Below, piece by piece: positions 25,801 to 39,800 of a DNA stretch of 64,000 nucleotides. The stretch comes from Auanema rhodensis. Its lineage: Eukaryota; Animalia; Nematoda. The stretch covers positions 1,736,001 through 1,800,000 of the forward strand of contig OZ059898.1 in the NCBI GenBank assembly GCA_964057225.1, in the 5' to 3' direction. The notes below the pieces were generated by a model. That model did not search any database. It saw only the letters and a list, made by a program, of their open reading frames with translations, and was not told the origin of the DNA. A program made the translations under genes and the position numbers. Position 1 is the first letter of the stretch, and every line of letters starts with the position of its first letter.

Positions 25801-28800
25801 TGAAATTTTTCGAAAAAATTTTTGTCAAAATGTTTTTGGAAGCAATGTTGAGTGTACATGGAAACTCAACATACACTAATGCATCATTTTTCAAACGATC
25901 ATAACTAATTTTTGTATTAAGCGTTTCTCAATGTCGTATAGTGCATTCGATGCGGATTTTTAAGCTGCGTCGATCTGTGTTATCAGATTTGCGCTAGCTT
26001 AAAAATGCACCGAGATATCAACTGATATAAGTTCACACTTATATCCTCGATTTTCACCCTGAAGATTTAATTTTTTCGTTGAATAACATTGTCCATCGTC
26101 TTTGCCTTGGAAAATGGAATCTAAAAACATCTACTTTTTGCTAAATTATTTTGAAATTTTTCGAAAAAATTTTTGTCAAAATGTTTTTGGAAGCAATGTT
26201 GAGTGTACATGGAAACTCAACATACACTAATGCATCATTTTTCAAACGATCATAACTAATTTTTGTATTAAGCGTTTCTCAATGTAGTATAGTGCATTCG
26301 ATGCGGATTTTTAAGCTGCGTCGATCTGTGTTATCAGATTTGCGCTAGCTTAAAAATGCACCGAGATATCAACTGATATAAGTTCACACTTATATCCTCG
26401 ATTTTCACCCTGAAGAATTAATTTTTTCGTTGAATAGTATTGTCCATCGTCTTTGCCTTGAAAAAAGGAATCTAAAAACATCTACTTTTTGCTAAATTAT
26501 TTTGAAATTTTTCGAAAAAATTTTTGTCAAAATGTTTTTGGAAGCAATGTTGAGTGTACATGGAAACTCAACATACACTAATGCATCATTTTTCAAACGA
26601 TCATAACTAATTTTTGTATTAAGCGTTTCTCAATGTCGTATAGTGCATTCGATGCGGATTTTTAAGCTGCGTCGATCTGTGTTATCAGATTTGCGCTAGC
26701 TTAAAAATGCACCGAGATATCAACTGATATAAGTTCACACTTATATCCTCGATTTTCACCCTGAAGAATTAATTTTTTCGTTGAATAGTATTGTCCATCG
26801 TCTTTGCCTTGAAAAAAGGAATCTAAAAACATCTACTTTTTGCTAAATTATTTTGAAATTTTTCGAAAAAATTTTTGTCAAAATGTTTTTGGAAGCAATG
26901 TTGAGTGTACATGGAAACTCAACATACACTAATGCATCATTTTTCAAACGATCATAACTAATTTTTGTATTAAGCGTTTCTCAATGTCGTATAGTGCATT
27001 CGATGCGGATTTTTAAGCTGCGTCGATCTGTGTTATCAGATTTGCGCTAGCTTAAAAATGCACCGAGATATCAACTGATATAAGTTCACACTTATATCCT
27101 CGATTTTCACCCTGAAGATTTAATTTTTTCGTTGAATAACATTGTCCATCGTCTTTGCCTTGGAAAATGGAATCTAAAAACATCTACTTTTTGCTAAATT
27201 ATTTTGAAATTTTTCGAAAAAATTTTTGTCAAAATGTTTTTGGAAGCAATGTTGAGTGTACATGGAAACTCAACATACACTAATGCATCATTTTTCAAAC
27301 GATCATAACTAATTTTTGTATTAAGCGTTTCTCAATGTAGTATAGTGCATTCGATGCGGATTTTTAAGCTGCGTCGATCTGTGTTATCAGATTTGCGCTA
27401 GCTTAAAAATGCACCGAGATATCAACTGATATAAGTTCACACTTATATCCTCGATTTTCACCCTGAAGAATTAATTTTTTCGTTGAATAGTATTGTCCAT
27501 CGTCTTTGCCTTGAAAAAAGGAATCTAAAAACATCTACTTTTTGCTAAATTATTTTGAAATTTTTCGAAAAAATTTTTGTCAAAATGTTTTTGGAAGCAA
27601 TGTTGAGTGTACATGGAAACTCAACATACACTAATGCATCATTTTTCAAACGATCATAACTAATTTTTGTATTAAGCGTTTCTCAATGTCGTATAGTGCA
27701 TTCGATGCGGATTTTTAAGCTGCGTCGATCTGTGTTATCAGATTTGCGCTAGCTTAAAAATGCACCGAGATATCAACTGATATAAGTTCACACTTATATC
27801 CTCGATTTTCACCCTGAAGATTTAATTTTTTCGTTGAATAACATTGTCCATCGTCTTTGCCTTGAAAAATGGAATCTAAAAACATCTACTTATTGCTAAA
27901 TTATTTTGAAATTTTTCGAAAAAATTTTTGTCAAAATGTTTTTGGAAGCAATGTTGAGTGTACATGGAAACTCAACATACACTAATGCATCATTTTTCAA
28001 ACGATCATAACTAATTTTTGTATTAAGCGTTTCTCAATGTAGTATAGTGCATTCGATGCGGATTTTTAAGCTGCGTCGATCTGTGTTATCAGATTTGCGC
28101 TAGCTTAAAAATGCACCGAGATATCAACTGATATAAGTTCACACTTATATCCTCGATTTTCACCCTGAAGAATTAATTTTTTCGTTGAATAACATTGTCC
28201 ATCGTCTTTGCCTTGAAAAAAGGAATCTAAAAACATCTACTTTTTGCTAAATTATTTTGAAATTTTTTGAAAAAATTTTTGTCAAAATGTTTTTGGAAGC
28301 AATGTTGAGTGTACATGGAAACTCAACATACACTAATGCATCATTTTTCAAACGATCATAACTAATTTTTGTATTAACCGTTTCTCAATGTAGTATAGTG
28401 CATTCGATGCGGATTTTCAAGCTGCGTCGATCTGTGTTATCAGATTTGCGCTAGCTTAAAAATGCACCGAGATATCAACTGATATATGTTCACACTTATA
28501 TCCTCGATTTTCACCCTGAAGAATTAATTTTTTCGTTGAATAGTATTGTCCATCGTCTTTGCCTTGAAAAAAGGAATCTAAAAACATCTACTTTTTGCTA
28601 AATTATTTTGAAATTTTTCGAAAAAATTTTTGTCAAAATGTTTTTGGAAGCAATGTTGAGTGTACATGGAAACTCAACATACACTAATGCATCATTTTTC
28701 AAACGATCATAACTAATTTTTATATTAAGCGTTTCTCAATGTCGTATAGTGCATTCGATGCGGATTTTTAAGCTGCGTCGATCTGTGTTATCAGATTTGC

Positions 28801-31800
28801 GCTAGCTTAAAAATGCACCGAGATATCAACTGATATAAGTTCACACTTATATCCTTGATTTTCACCCTGAAGAATTAATTTTTTCGTTGAATAACATTGT
28901 CCATCGTTTTTGCCTTGAAAAAAGGAATCTAGAAACATCTACTTTTTGCTAAATTATTTTGAAAGTTTTCGAAAAAATTTTTGTCAAAATGTTTTTGGAA
29001 GCAATGTTGAGTGTACATGGAAACTCAACATACACTAATGCATCATTTTTCGAACGATCATAACTAATTTTTGTATTAAGCGTTTCTCAATGTAGTATAG
29101 TGCATTCGATGCGGATTTTTAAGCTGCGTCGATCTGTGTTATCAGATTTGCGCTAGCTTAAAAATGCACCGAGATATCAACTGATATAAGTTCACACTTA
29201 TATCCTCGATTTTCACCCTGAAGAATTAATTTTTTTGTTGAATAACATTGTCCATCGCCTTTGCCTTGAAAAAAGGAATCTAAAAACATCTACTTTTTGC
29301 TAAATTATTTTGAAATTTTTCGAAAAAATTTTTGTCAAAATGTTTTTGGAAGCAATGTTGAGTGTACATGGAAACTCAACATACACTAATGCATCATTTT
29401 TCAAACGATCATAACTAATTTTTGTATTAAGCGTTTCTCAATGTAGTATAGTGCATTCGATGCGGATTTTTAAGCTGCGTCGATCTGTGTTATCAGATTT
29501 GCGCTAGCTTAAAAATGCACCGAGATATCAACTGATATAAGTTCACACTTATATCCTCGATTTTCACCCTGAAGAATTAATTTTTTCGTTGAATAACATT
29601 GTCCATCGTCTTTGCCTTGAAAAAAGGAATCTAAAAACATCTACATTTTGCTAAATTATTTTGAAATTTTTCGAAAAAATTTTTGTCAAAATGTTTTTGG
29701 AAGCAATGTTGAGTGTACATGGAAACTCAACATACACTAATGCATCATTTTTCAAACGATCATAACTAATTTTTGTATTAAGCGTTTCTCAATGTAGTAT
29801 AGTGCATTCGATGCGGATTTTTAAGCTGCGTCGATCTGTGTTATCAGATTTGCGCTAGCTTAAAAATGCACCGAGATATCAACTGATATAAGTTCACACT
29901 TATATCCTCGATTTTGACCCTGAAGAATTAATTTTTTCGTTGAATAACATTGTCCATCGTTTTTGCCTTGAAAAAAGGAATCTAAAAACATCTACTTTTT
30001 GCTAAATTATTTTGAAATTTTTCGAAAAAATTTTTGTCAAAATGTTTTTGGAAGCAATGTTGAGTGTACATGGAAACTCAACATACACTAATGCATCATT
30101 TTTCAAACGATCATAACTAATTTTTGTATTAAGCGTTTCTCAATGTAGTATAGTGCATTCGATGCGGATTTTTAAGCTGCGTCGATCTGTGTTATCAGAT
30201 TTGCGCTAGCTTAAAAATGCACCGAGATATCAACTGATATAAGTTCACACTTATATCCTCGATTTTGACCCTGAAGAATTAATTTTTTCGTTGAATAACA
30301 TTGTCCATCGTCTTTGCCTTGAAAAAAGGAATCTAAAAACATCTACTTTTTGCTAAATTATTTTGAAATTTTTCGAAAAAATTTTTGTCAAAATGTTTTT
30401 GGAAGCAATGTTGAGTGTACATGGAAACTCAACATACACTAATGCATCATTTTTCAAACGATCATAACTAATTTTTGTATTAAGCGTTTCTCAATGTAGT
30501 ATAGTGCATTCGATGCGGATTTTTAAGCTGCGTCGATCTGTGTTATCAGATTTGCGCTAGCTTAAAAATGCACCGAGATATCAACTGATATAAGTTCACA
30601 CTTATATCCTCGATTTTGACCCTGAAGAATTAATTTTTTCGTTGAATAACATTGTCCATCGTCTTTGCCTTGAAAAAAGGAATCTAAAAACATCTACTTT
30701 TTGCTAAATTATTTTGAAATTTTTCGAAAAAATTTTTGTCAAAATGTTTTTGGAAGCAATGTTGAGTGTACATGGAAACTCAACATACACTAATGCATCA
30801 TTTTTCAAACGATCATAACTAATTTTTGTATTAAGCGTTTCTCAATGTAGTATAGTGCATTCGATGCGGATTTTTAAGCTGCGTCGATCTGTGTTATCAG
30901 ATTTGCGCTAGCTTAAAAATGCACCGAGATATCAACTGATATAAGTTCACACTTATATCCTCGATTTTGACCCTGAAGAATTAATTTTTTCGTTGAATAA
31001 CATTGTCCATCGTCTTTGCCTTGAAAAAAGGAATCTAAAAACATCTACTTTTTGCTAAATTATTTTGAAATTTTTCGAAAAAATTTTTGTCAAAATGTTT
31101 TTGGAAGCAATGTTGAGTGTACATGGAAACTCAACATACACTAATGCATCATTTTTCAAACGATCATAACTAATTTTTGTATTAAGCGTTTCTCAATGTA
31201 GTATAGTGCATTCGATGCGGATTTTTAAGCTGCGTCGATCTGTGTTATCAGATTTGCGCTAGCTTAAAAATGCACCGAGATATCAACTGATATAAGTTCA
31301 CACTTATATCCTCGATTTTGACCCTGAAGAATTAATTTTTTCGTTGAATAACATTGTCCATCGTCTTTGCCTTGAAAAAAGGAATCTAAAAACATCTACT
31401 TTTTGCTAAATTATTTTGAAATTTTTCGAAAAAATTTTTGTCAAAATGTTTTTGGAAGCAATGTTGAGTGTACATGGAAACTCAACATACACTAATGCAT
31501 CATTTTTCAAACGATCATAACTAATTTTTGTATTAAGCGTTTTTCAATGTAGTATAGTGCATTCGATGCGGATTTTTAAGCTGCGTCGATCTGTGTTATC
31601 AGATTTGCGCTAGCTTAAAAATGCACCGAGATATCAACTGATATAAGTTCACACTTATATCCTCGATTTTCACCCTGAAGAATTAATTTTTTTGTTGAAT
31701 AACATTGTCCATCGCCTTTGCCTTGAAAAAAGGAATCTAAAAACATCTACTTTTTGCTAAATTATTTTGAAATTTTTCGAAAAAATTTTTGTCAAAATGT

Positions 31801-34800
31801 TTTTGGAAGCAATGTTGAGTGTACATGGAAACTCAACATACACTAATGCATCATTTTTCAAACGATCATAACTAATTTTTGTATTAAGCGTTTCTCAATG
31901 TAGTATAGTGCATTCGATGCGGATTTTTAAGCTGCGTCGATCTGTGTTATCAGATTTGCGCTAGCTTAAAAATGCACCGAGATATCAACTGATATAAGTT
32001 CACACTTATATCCTCGATTTTGACCCTGAAGAATTAATTTTTTCGTTGAATAACATTGTCCATCGTCTTTGCCTTGAAAAAAGGAATCTAAAAACATCTA
32101 CTTTTTGCTAAATTATTTTGAAATTTTTCGAAAAAATTTTTGTCAAAATGTTTTTGGAAGCAATGTTGAGTGTACATGGAAACTCAACATACACTAATGC
32201 ATCATTTTTCAAACGATCATAACTAATTTTTGTATTAAGCGTTTCTCAATGTAGTATAGTGCATTCGATGCGGATTTTTAAGCTGCGTCGATCTGTGTTA
32301 TCAGATTTGCGCTAGCTTAAAAATGCACCGAGATATCAACTGATATAAGTTCACACTTATATCCTCGATTTTGACCCTGAAGAATTAATTTTTTCGTTGA
32401 ATAACATTGTCCATCGTCTTTGCCTTGAAAAAAGGAATCTAAAAACATCTACTTTTTGCTAAATTATTTTGAAATTTTTCGAAAAAATTTTTGTCAAAAT
32501 GTTTTTGGAAGCAATGTTGAGTGTACATGGAAACTCAACATACACTAATGCATCATTTTTCAAACGATCATAACTAATTTTTGTATTAAGCGTTTCTCAA
32601 TGTAGTATAGTGCATTCGATGCGGATTTTTAAGCTGCGTCGATCTGTGTTATCAGATTTGCGCTAGCTTAAAAATGCACCGAGATATCAACTGATATAAG
32701 TTCACACTTATATCCTCGATTTTGACCCTGAAGAATTAATTTTTTCGTTGAATAACATTGTCCATCGTCTTTGCCTTGAAAAAAGGAATCTAAAAACATC
32801 TACTTTTTGCTAAATTATTTTGAAATTTTTCGAAAAAATTTTTGTCAAAATGTTTTTGGAAGCAATGTTGAGTGTACATGGAAACTCAACATACACTAAT
32901 GCATCATTTTTCAAACGATCATAACTAATTTTTGTATTAAGCGTTTCTCAATGTAGTATAGTGCATTCGATGCGGATTTTTAAGCTGCGTCGATCTGTGT
33001 TATCAGATTTGCGCTAGCTTAAAAATGCACCGAGATATCAACTGATATAAGTTCACACTTATATCCTCGATTTTGACCCTGAAGAATTAATTTTTTCGTT
33101 GAATAACATTGTCCATCGTCTTTGCCTTGAAAAAAGGAATCTAAAAACATCTACTTTTTGCTAAATTATTTTGAAATTTTTCGAAAAAATTTTTGTCAAA
33201 ATGTTTTTGGAAGCAATGTTGAGTGTACATGGAAACTCAACATACACTAATGCATCATTTTTCAAACGATCATAACTAATTTTTGTATTAAGCGTTTCTC
33301 AATGTAGTATAGTGCATTCGATGCGGATTTTTAAGCTGCGTCGATCTGTGTTATCAGATTTGCGCTAGCTTAAAAATGCACCGAGATATCAACTGATATA
33401 AGTTCACACTTATATCCTCGATTTTCACCCTGAAGAATTAATTTTTTCGTTGAATAACATTGTCCATCTTCTTTGCCTTGAAAAAAGGAATCTAAAAACA
33501 TCTACTTTTTGCTAAATTATTTTGAAATTTTTCGAAAAAATTTTTGTCAAAATGTTTTTGGAAGCAATGTTGAGTGTACATGGAAACTCAACATACACTA
33601 ATGCATCATTTTTCAAACGATCATAACTAATTTTTGTATTGAGCGTTTCTCAATGTAGTATAGTGCATTCGATGCGGATTTTTAAGCTGCGTCGATCTGT
33701 GTTATCAGATTTGCGCTAGCTTAAAAATGCACCGAGATATCAACTGATATAAGTTCACACTTATATCCTCGATTTTCACCCTGAAGATTTAATTTTTTCG
33801 TTGAATAACATTGTCCATCGTCTTTGCCTTGAAAAATGGAATCTAAAAACATCTACTTTTTGCTAAATTATTTTGAAATTTTTCGAAAAAATTTTTGTCA
33901 AAATGTTTTTGGAAGCAATGTTGAGTGTACATGGAAACTCAACATACACTAATGCATCATTTTTCAAACGATCATAACTAATTTTTGTATTAAGCGTTTC
34001 TCAATGTAGTATAGTGCATTCGATGCGGATTTTTAAGCTGCGTCGATCTGTGTTATCAGATTTGCGCTAGCTTAAAAATGCACCGAGATATCAACTGATA
34101 TAAGTTCACACTTATATCCTCGATTTTCACCCTGAAGATTTAATTTTTTCGTTGAATAACATTGTCCATCGTCTTTGCCTTGAAAAATGGAATCTAAAAA
34201 CATCTACTTTTTGCTAAATTATTTTGAAATTTTTCGAAAAAATTTTTGTCAAAATGTTTTTGGAAGCAATGTTGAGTGTACATGGAAACTCAACATACAC
34301 TAATGCATCATTTTTCAAACGATCATAACTAATTTTTGTATTAAGCGTTTCTCAATGTAGTATAGTGCATTCGATGCGGATTTTTAAGCTGCGTCGATCT
34401 GTGTTATCAGATTTGCGCTAGCTTAAAAATGCACCGAGATATCAACTGATATAAGTTCACACTTATATCCTCGATTTTCACCCTGAAGAATTAATTTTTT
34501 TGTTGAATAACATTGTCCATCGCCTTTGCCTTGAAAAAAGGAATCTAAAAACATCTACTTTTTGCTAAATTATTTTGAAATTTTTCGAAAAAATTTTTGT
34601 CAAAATGTTTTTGGAAGCAATGTTGAGTGTACATGGAAACTCAACATACACTAATGCATCATTTTTCAAACGATCATAACTAATTTTTGTATTAAGCGTT
34701 TCTCAATGTAGTATAGTGCATTTGATGCGGATTTTTAAGCTGCGTCGATCTGTGTTATCAGATTTGCGCTAGCTTAAAAATGCACCGAGATATCAACTGA

Positions 34801-36855
34801 TATAAGTTCACACTTATATCCTCGATTTTCACCCTGAAGATTTAATTTTTTCGTTGAATAACATTGTCCATCGTCTTTGCCTTGAAAAATGGAATCTAAA
34901 AACATCTACTTTTTGCTAAATTATTTTGAAATTTTTCGAAAAAATTTTTGTCAAAATGTTTTTGGAAGCAATGTTGAGTGTACATGGAAACTCAACATAC
35001 ACTAATGCATCATTTTTCAAACGATCATAACTAATTTTTGTATTAAGCGTTTCTCAATGTAGTATAGTGCATTCGATGCGGATTTTTAAGCTGCGTCGAT
35101 CTGTGTTATCAGATTTGCGCTAGCTTAAAAATGCACCGAGATATCAACTGATATAAGTTCACACTTATATCCTCGATTTTCACCCTGAAGAATTAATTTT
35201 TTTGTTGAATAACATTGTCCATCGCCTTTGCCTTGAAAAAAGGAATCTAAAAACATCTACTTTTTGCTAAATTATTTTGAAATTTTTTGAAAAAATTTTT
35301 GTCAAAATGTTTTTGGAAGCAATGTTGAGTGTACATGGAAACTCAACATACACTAATGCATCATTTTTCAAACGATCATAACTAATTTTTGTATTAAGCG
35401 TTTCTCAATGTAGTATAGTGCATTCGATGCGGATTTTTAAGCTGCGTCGATCTGTGTTATCAGATTTGCGCTAGCTTAAAAATGCACCGAGATATCAACT
35501 GATATAAGTTCACACTTATATCCTCGATTTTCACCCTGAAGAATTAATTTTTTCGTTGAATAACATTGTCCATCGTCTTTGCCTTGAAAAAAGGAATCTA
35601 AAAACATCTACTTTTTGCTAAATTATTTTGAAATTTTTCGAAAAAATTTTTGTCAAAATGTTTTTGGAAGCAATGTTGAGTGTACATGGAAACTCAACAT
35701 ACACTAATGCATCATTTTTCAAACGATCATAACTAATTTTTGTATTAAGCGTTTCTCAATGTAGTATAGTGCATTCGATGCGGATTTTTAAGCTGCGTCG
35801 ATCTGTGTTATCAGGTTTGCGCTAGCTTAAAAATGCACCGAGATATCAACTGATATAAGTTCACACTTATATCCTCGATTTTCACCCTGAAGAATTAATT
35901 TTTTCGTTGAATAACATTGTCCATCGTCTTTGCCTTGAAAAATGGAATCTAAAAACATCTACTTTTTGCTAAATTATTTTGAAATTTTTCGAAAAAATTT
36001 TTGTCAAAATGTTTTTGGAAGCAATGTTGAGTGTACATGGAAACTCAACATACACTAATGCATCATTTTTCAAACGATCATAACTAATTTTTGTATTAAG
36101 CGTTTCTCAATGTAGTATAGTGCATTCGATGCGGATTTTTAAGCTGCGTCGATCTGTGTTATCAGATTTGCGCTAGCTTAAAAATGCACCGAGATATCAA
36201 CTGATATAAGTTCACACTTATATCCTCGATTTTCACCCTGAACAATTAATTTTTTCGTTGAATAACATTGTCCATCGTCTTTGCCTTGAAAAATGGAATC
36301 TAAAAACATCTACTTTTTGCTAAATTATTTTGAAATTTTTCGAAAAAATTTTTGTCAAAATGTTTTTGGAAGCAATGTTGAGTGTACATGGAAACTCAAC
36401 ATACACTAATGCATCATTTTTCAAACGATCATAACTAATTTTTGTATTAAGCGTTTCTCAATGTAGTATAGTGCATTCGATGCGGATTTTTAAGCTGCGT
36501 CGATCTGTGTTATCAGATTTGCGCTAGCTTAAAAATGCACCGAGATATCAACTGATATAAGTTCACACTTATATCCTCGATTTTGACCCTGAAGAATTAA
36601 TTTTTTCGTTGAATAACATTGTCCATCGTCTTTGCCTTGAAAAAAGGAATCTAAAAACATCTACTTTTTGCTAAATTATTTTGAAATTTTTCGAAAAAAT
36701 TTTTGTCAAAATGTTTTTGGAAGCAATGTTGAGTGTACATGGAAACTCAACATACACTAATGCATCATTTTTCAAACGATCATAACTAATTTTTGTATTA
36801 AGCGTTTCTCAATGTAGTATAGTGCATTCGATGCGGATTTTTAAGCTGCGTCGAT

Positions 36856-39800
36856 CTGTGTTATCAGATTTGCGCTAGCTTAAAAATGCACCGAGATATC
36901 AACTGATATAAGTTCACACTTATATCCTCGATTTTCACCCTGAAGAATTAATTTTTTCGTTGAATAACATTGTCCATCGTCTTTGCCTTGAAAAAAGGAA
37001 TCTAAAAACATCTACTTTTTGCTAAATTATTTTGAAATTTTTCGAAAAAATTTTTGTCAAAATGTTTTTGGAAGCAATGTTGAGTGTACATGGAAACTCA
37101 ACATACACTAATGCATCATTTTTCAAACGATCATAACTAATTTTTGTATTGAGCGTTTCTCAATGTAGTATAGTGCATTCGATGCGGATTTTTAAGCTGC
37201 GTCGATCTGTGTTATCAGATTTGCGCTAGCTTAAAAATGCACCGAGATATCAACTGATATAAGTTCACACTTATATCCTCGATTTTCACCCTGAAGATTT
37301 AATTTTTTCGTTGAATAACATTGTCCATCGTCTTTGCCTTGAAAAAAGGAATCTAAAAACATCTACTTTTTGCTAAATTATTTTGAAATTTTTCGAAAAA
37401 ATTTTTGTCAAAATGTTTTTGGAAGCAATGTTGAGTGTACATGGAAACTCAACATACACTAATGCATCATTTTTCAAACGATCATAACTAATTTTTGTAT
37501 TGAGCGTTTCTCAATGTAGTATAGTGCATTCGATGCGGATTTTTAAGCTGCGTCGATCTGTGTTATCAGATTTGCGCTAGCTTAAAAATGCACCGAGATA
37601 TCAACTGATATAAGTTCACACTTATATCCTCGATTTTCACCCTGAAGATTTAATTTTTTCGTTGAATAACATTGTCCATCGTCTTTGCCTTGAAAAAAGG
37701 AATCTAAAAACATCTACTTTTTGCTAAATTATTTTGAAATTTTTCGAAAAAATTTTTGTCAAAATGTTTTTGGAAGCAATGTTGAGTGTACATGGAAACT
37801 CAACATACACTAATGCATCATTTTTCAAACGATCATAACTAATTTTTGTATTAAGCGTTTCTCAATGTAGTATAGTGCATTCGATGCGGATTTTTAAGCT
37901 GCGTCGATCTGTGTTATCAGATTTGCGCTAGCTTAAAAATGCACCGAGATATCAACTGATATAAGTTCACACTTATATCCTCGATTTTGACCCTGAAGAA
38001 TTAATTTTTTCGTTGAATAACATTGTCTATCGTCTTTGCCTTGAAAAAAGGAATCTAAAAACATCTACTTTTTGCTAAATTATTTTGAAATTTTTCGAAA
38101 AAATTTTTGTCAAAATGTTTTTGGAAGCAATGTTGAGTGTACATGGAAACTCAACATACACTAATGCATCATTTTTCAAACGATCATAACTAATTTTTGT
38201 ATTAAGCGTTTCTCAATGTAGTATAGTGCATTCGATGCGGATTTTTAAGCTGCGTCGATCTGTGTTATCAGATTTGCGCTAGCTTAAAAATGCACCGAGA
38301 TATCAACTGATATAAGTTCACACTTATATCCTCGATTTTCACCCTAAAGAATTAATTTTTTCGTTGAATAACATTGTCCATCGTCTTTGCCTTGAAAAAA
38401 GGAATCTAAAAACATCTACTTTTTGCTAAATTATTTTGAAATTTTTCGAAAAAATTTTTGTCAAAATGTTTTTGGAAGCAATGTTGAGTGTACATGGAAA
38501 CTCAACATACACTAATGCATCATTTTTCAAACGATCATAACTAATTTTTGTATTAAGCGTTTCTCAATGTAGTATAGTGCATTCGATGCGGATTTTTAAG
38601 CTGCGTCGATCTGTGTTATCAGATTTGCGCTAGCTTAAAAATGCACCGAGATATCAACTGATATAAGTTCACACTTATATCCTCGATTTTGACCCTGAAG
38701 AATTAATTTTTTCGTTGAATAACATTGTCTATCGTCTTTGCCTTGAAAAAAGGAATCTAAAAACATCTACTTTTTGCTAAATTATTTTGAAATTTTTCGA
38801 AAAAATTTTTGTCAAAATGTTTTTGGAAGCAATGTTGAGTGTACATGGAAACTCAACATACACTAATGCATCATTTTTCAAACGATCATAACTAATTTTT
38901 GTATTAAGCGTTTCTCAATGTAGTATAGTGCATTCGATGCGGATTTTTAAGCTGCGTCGATCTGTGTTATCAGATTTGCGCTAGCTTAAAAATGCACCGA
39001 GATATCAACTGATATAAGTTCACACTTATATCCTCGATTTTCACCCTAAAGAATTAATTTTTTCGTTGAATAACATTGTCCATCGTCTTTGCCTTGAAAA
39101 AAGGAATCTAAAAACATCTACTTTTTGCTAAATTATTTTGAAATTTTTCGAAAAAATTTTTGTCAAAATGTTTTTGGAAGCAATGTTGAGTGTACATGGA
39201 AACTCAACATACACTAATGCATCATTTTTCAAACGATCATAACTAATTTTTGTATTAAGCGTTTCTCAATGTAGTATAGTGCATTCGATGCGGATTTTTA
39301 AGCTGCGTCGATCTGTGTTATCAGATTTGCGCTAGCTTAAAAATGCACCGAGATATCAACTGATATAAGTTCACACTTATATCCTCGATTTTCACCCTGA
39401 AGAATTAATTTTTTCGTTGAATAACATTGTCCATCGTCTTTGCCTTGAAAAAAGGAATCTAAAAACATCTACTTTTTGCTAAATTATTTTGAAATTTTTC
39501 GAAAAAATTTTTGTCAAAATGTTTTTGGAAGCAATGTTGAGTGTACATGGAAACTCAACATACACTAATGCATCATTTTTCAAACGATCATAACTAATTT
39601 TTGTATTAAGCGTTTCTCAATGTAGTATAGTGCATTCGATGCGGATTTTTAAGCTGCGTCGATCTGTGTTATCAGATTTGCGCTAGCTTAAAAATGCACC
39701 GAGATATCAACTGATATAAGTTCACACTTATATCCTCGATTTTGACCCTGAAGAATTAATTTTTTCGTTGAATAACATTGTCCATCGTCTTTGCCTTGAA

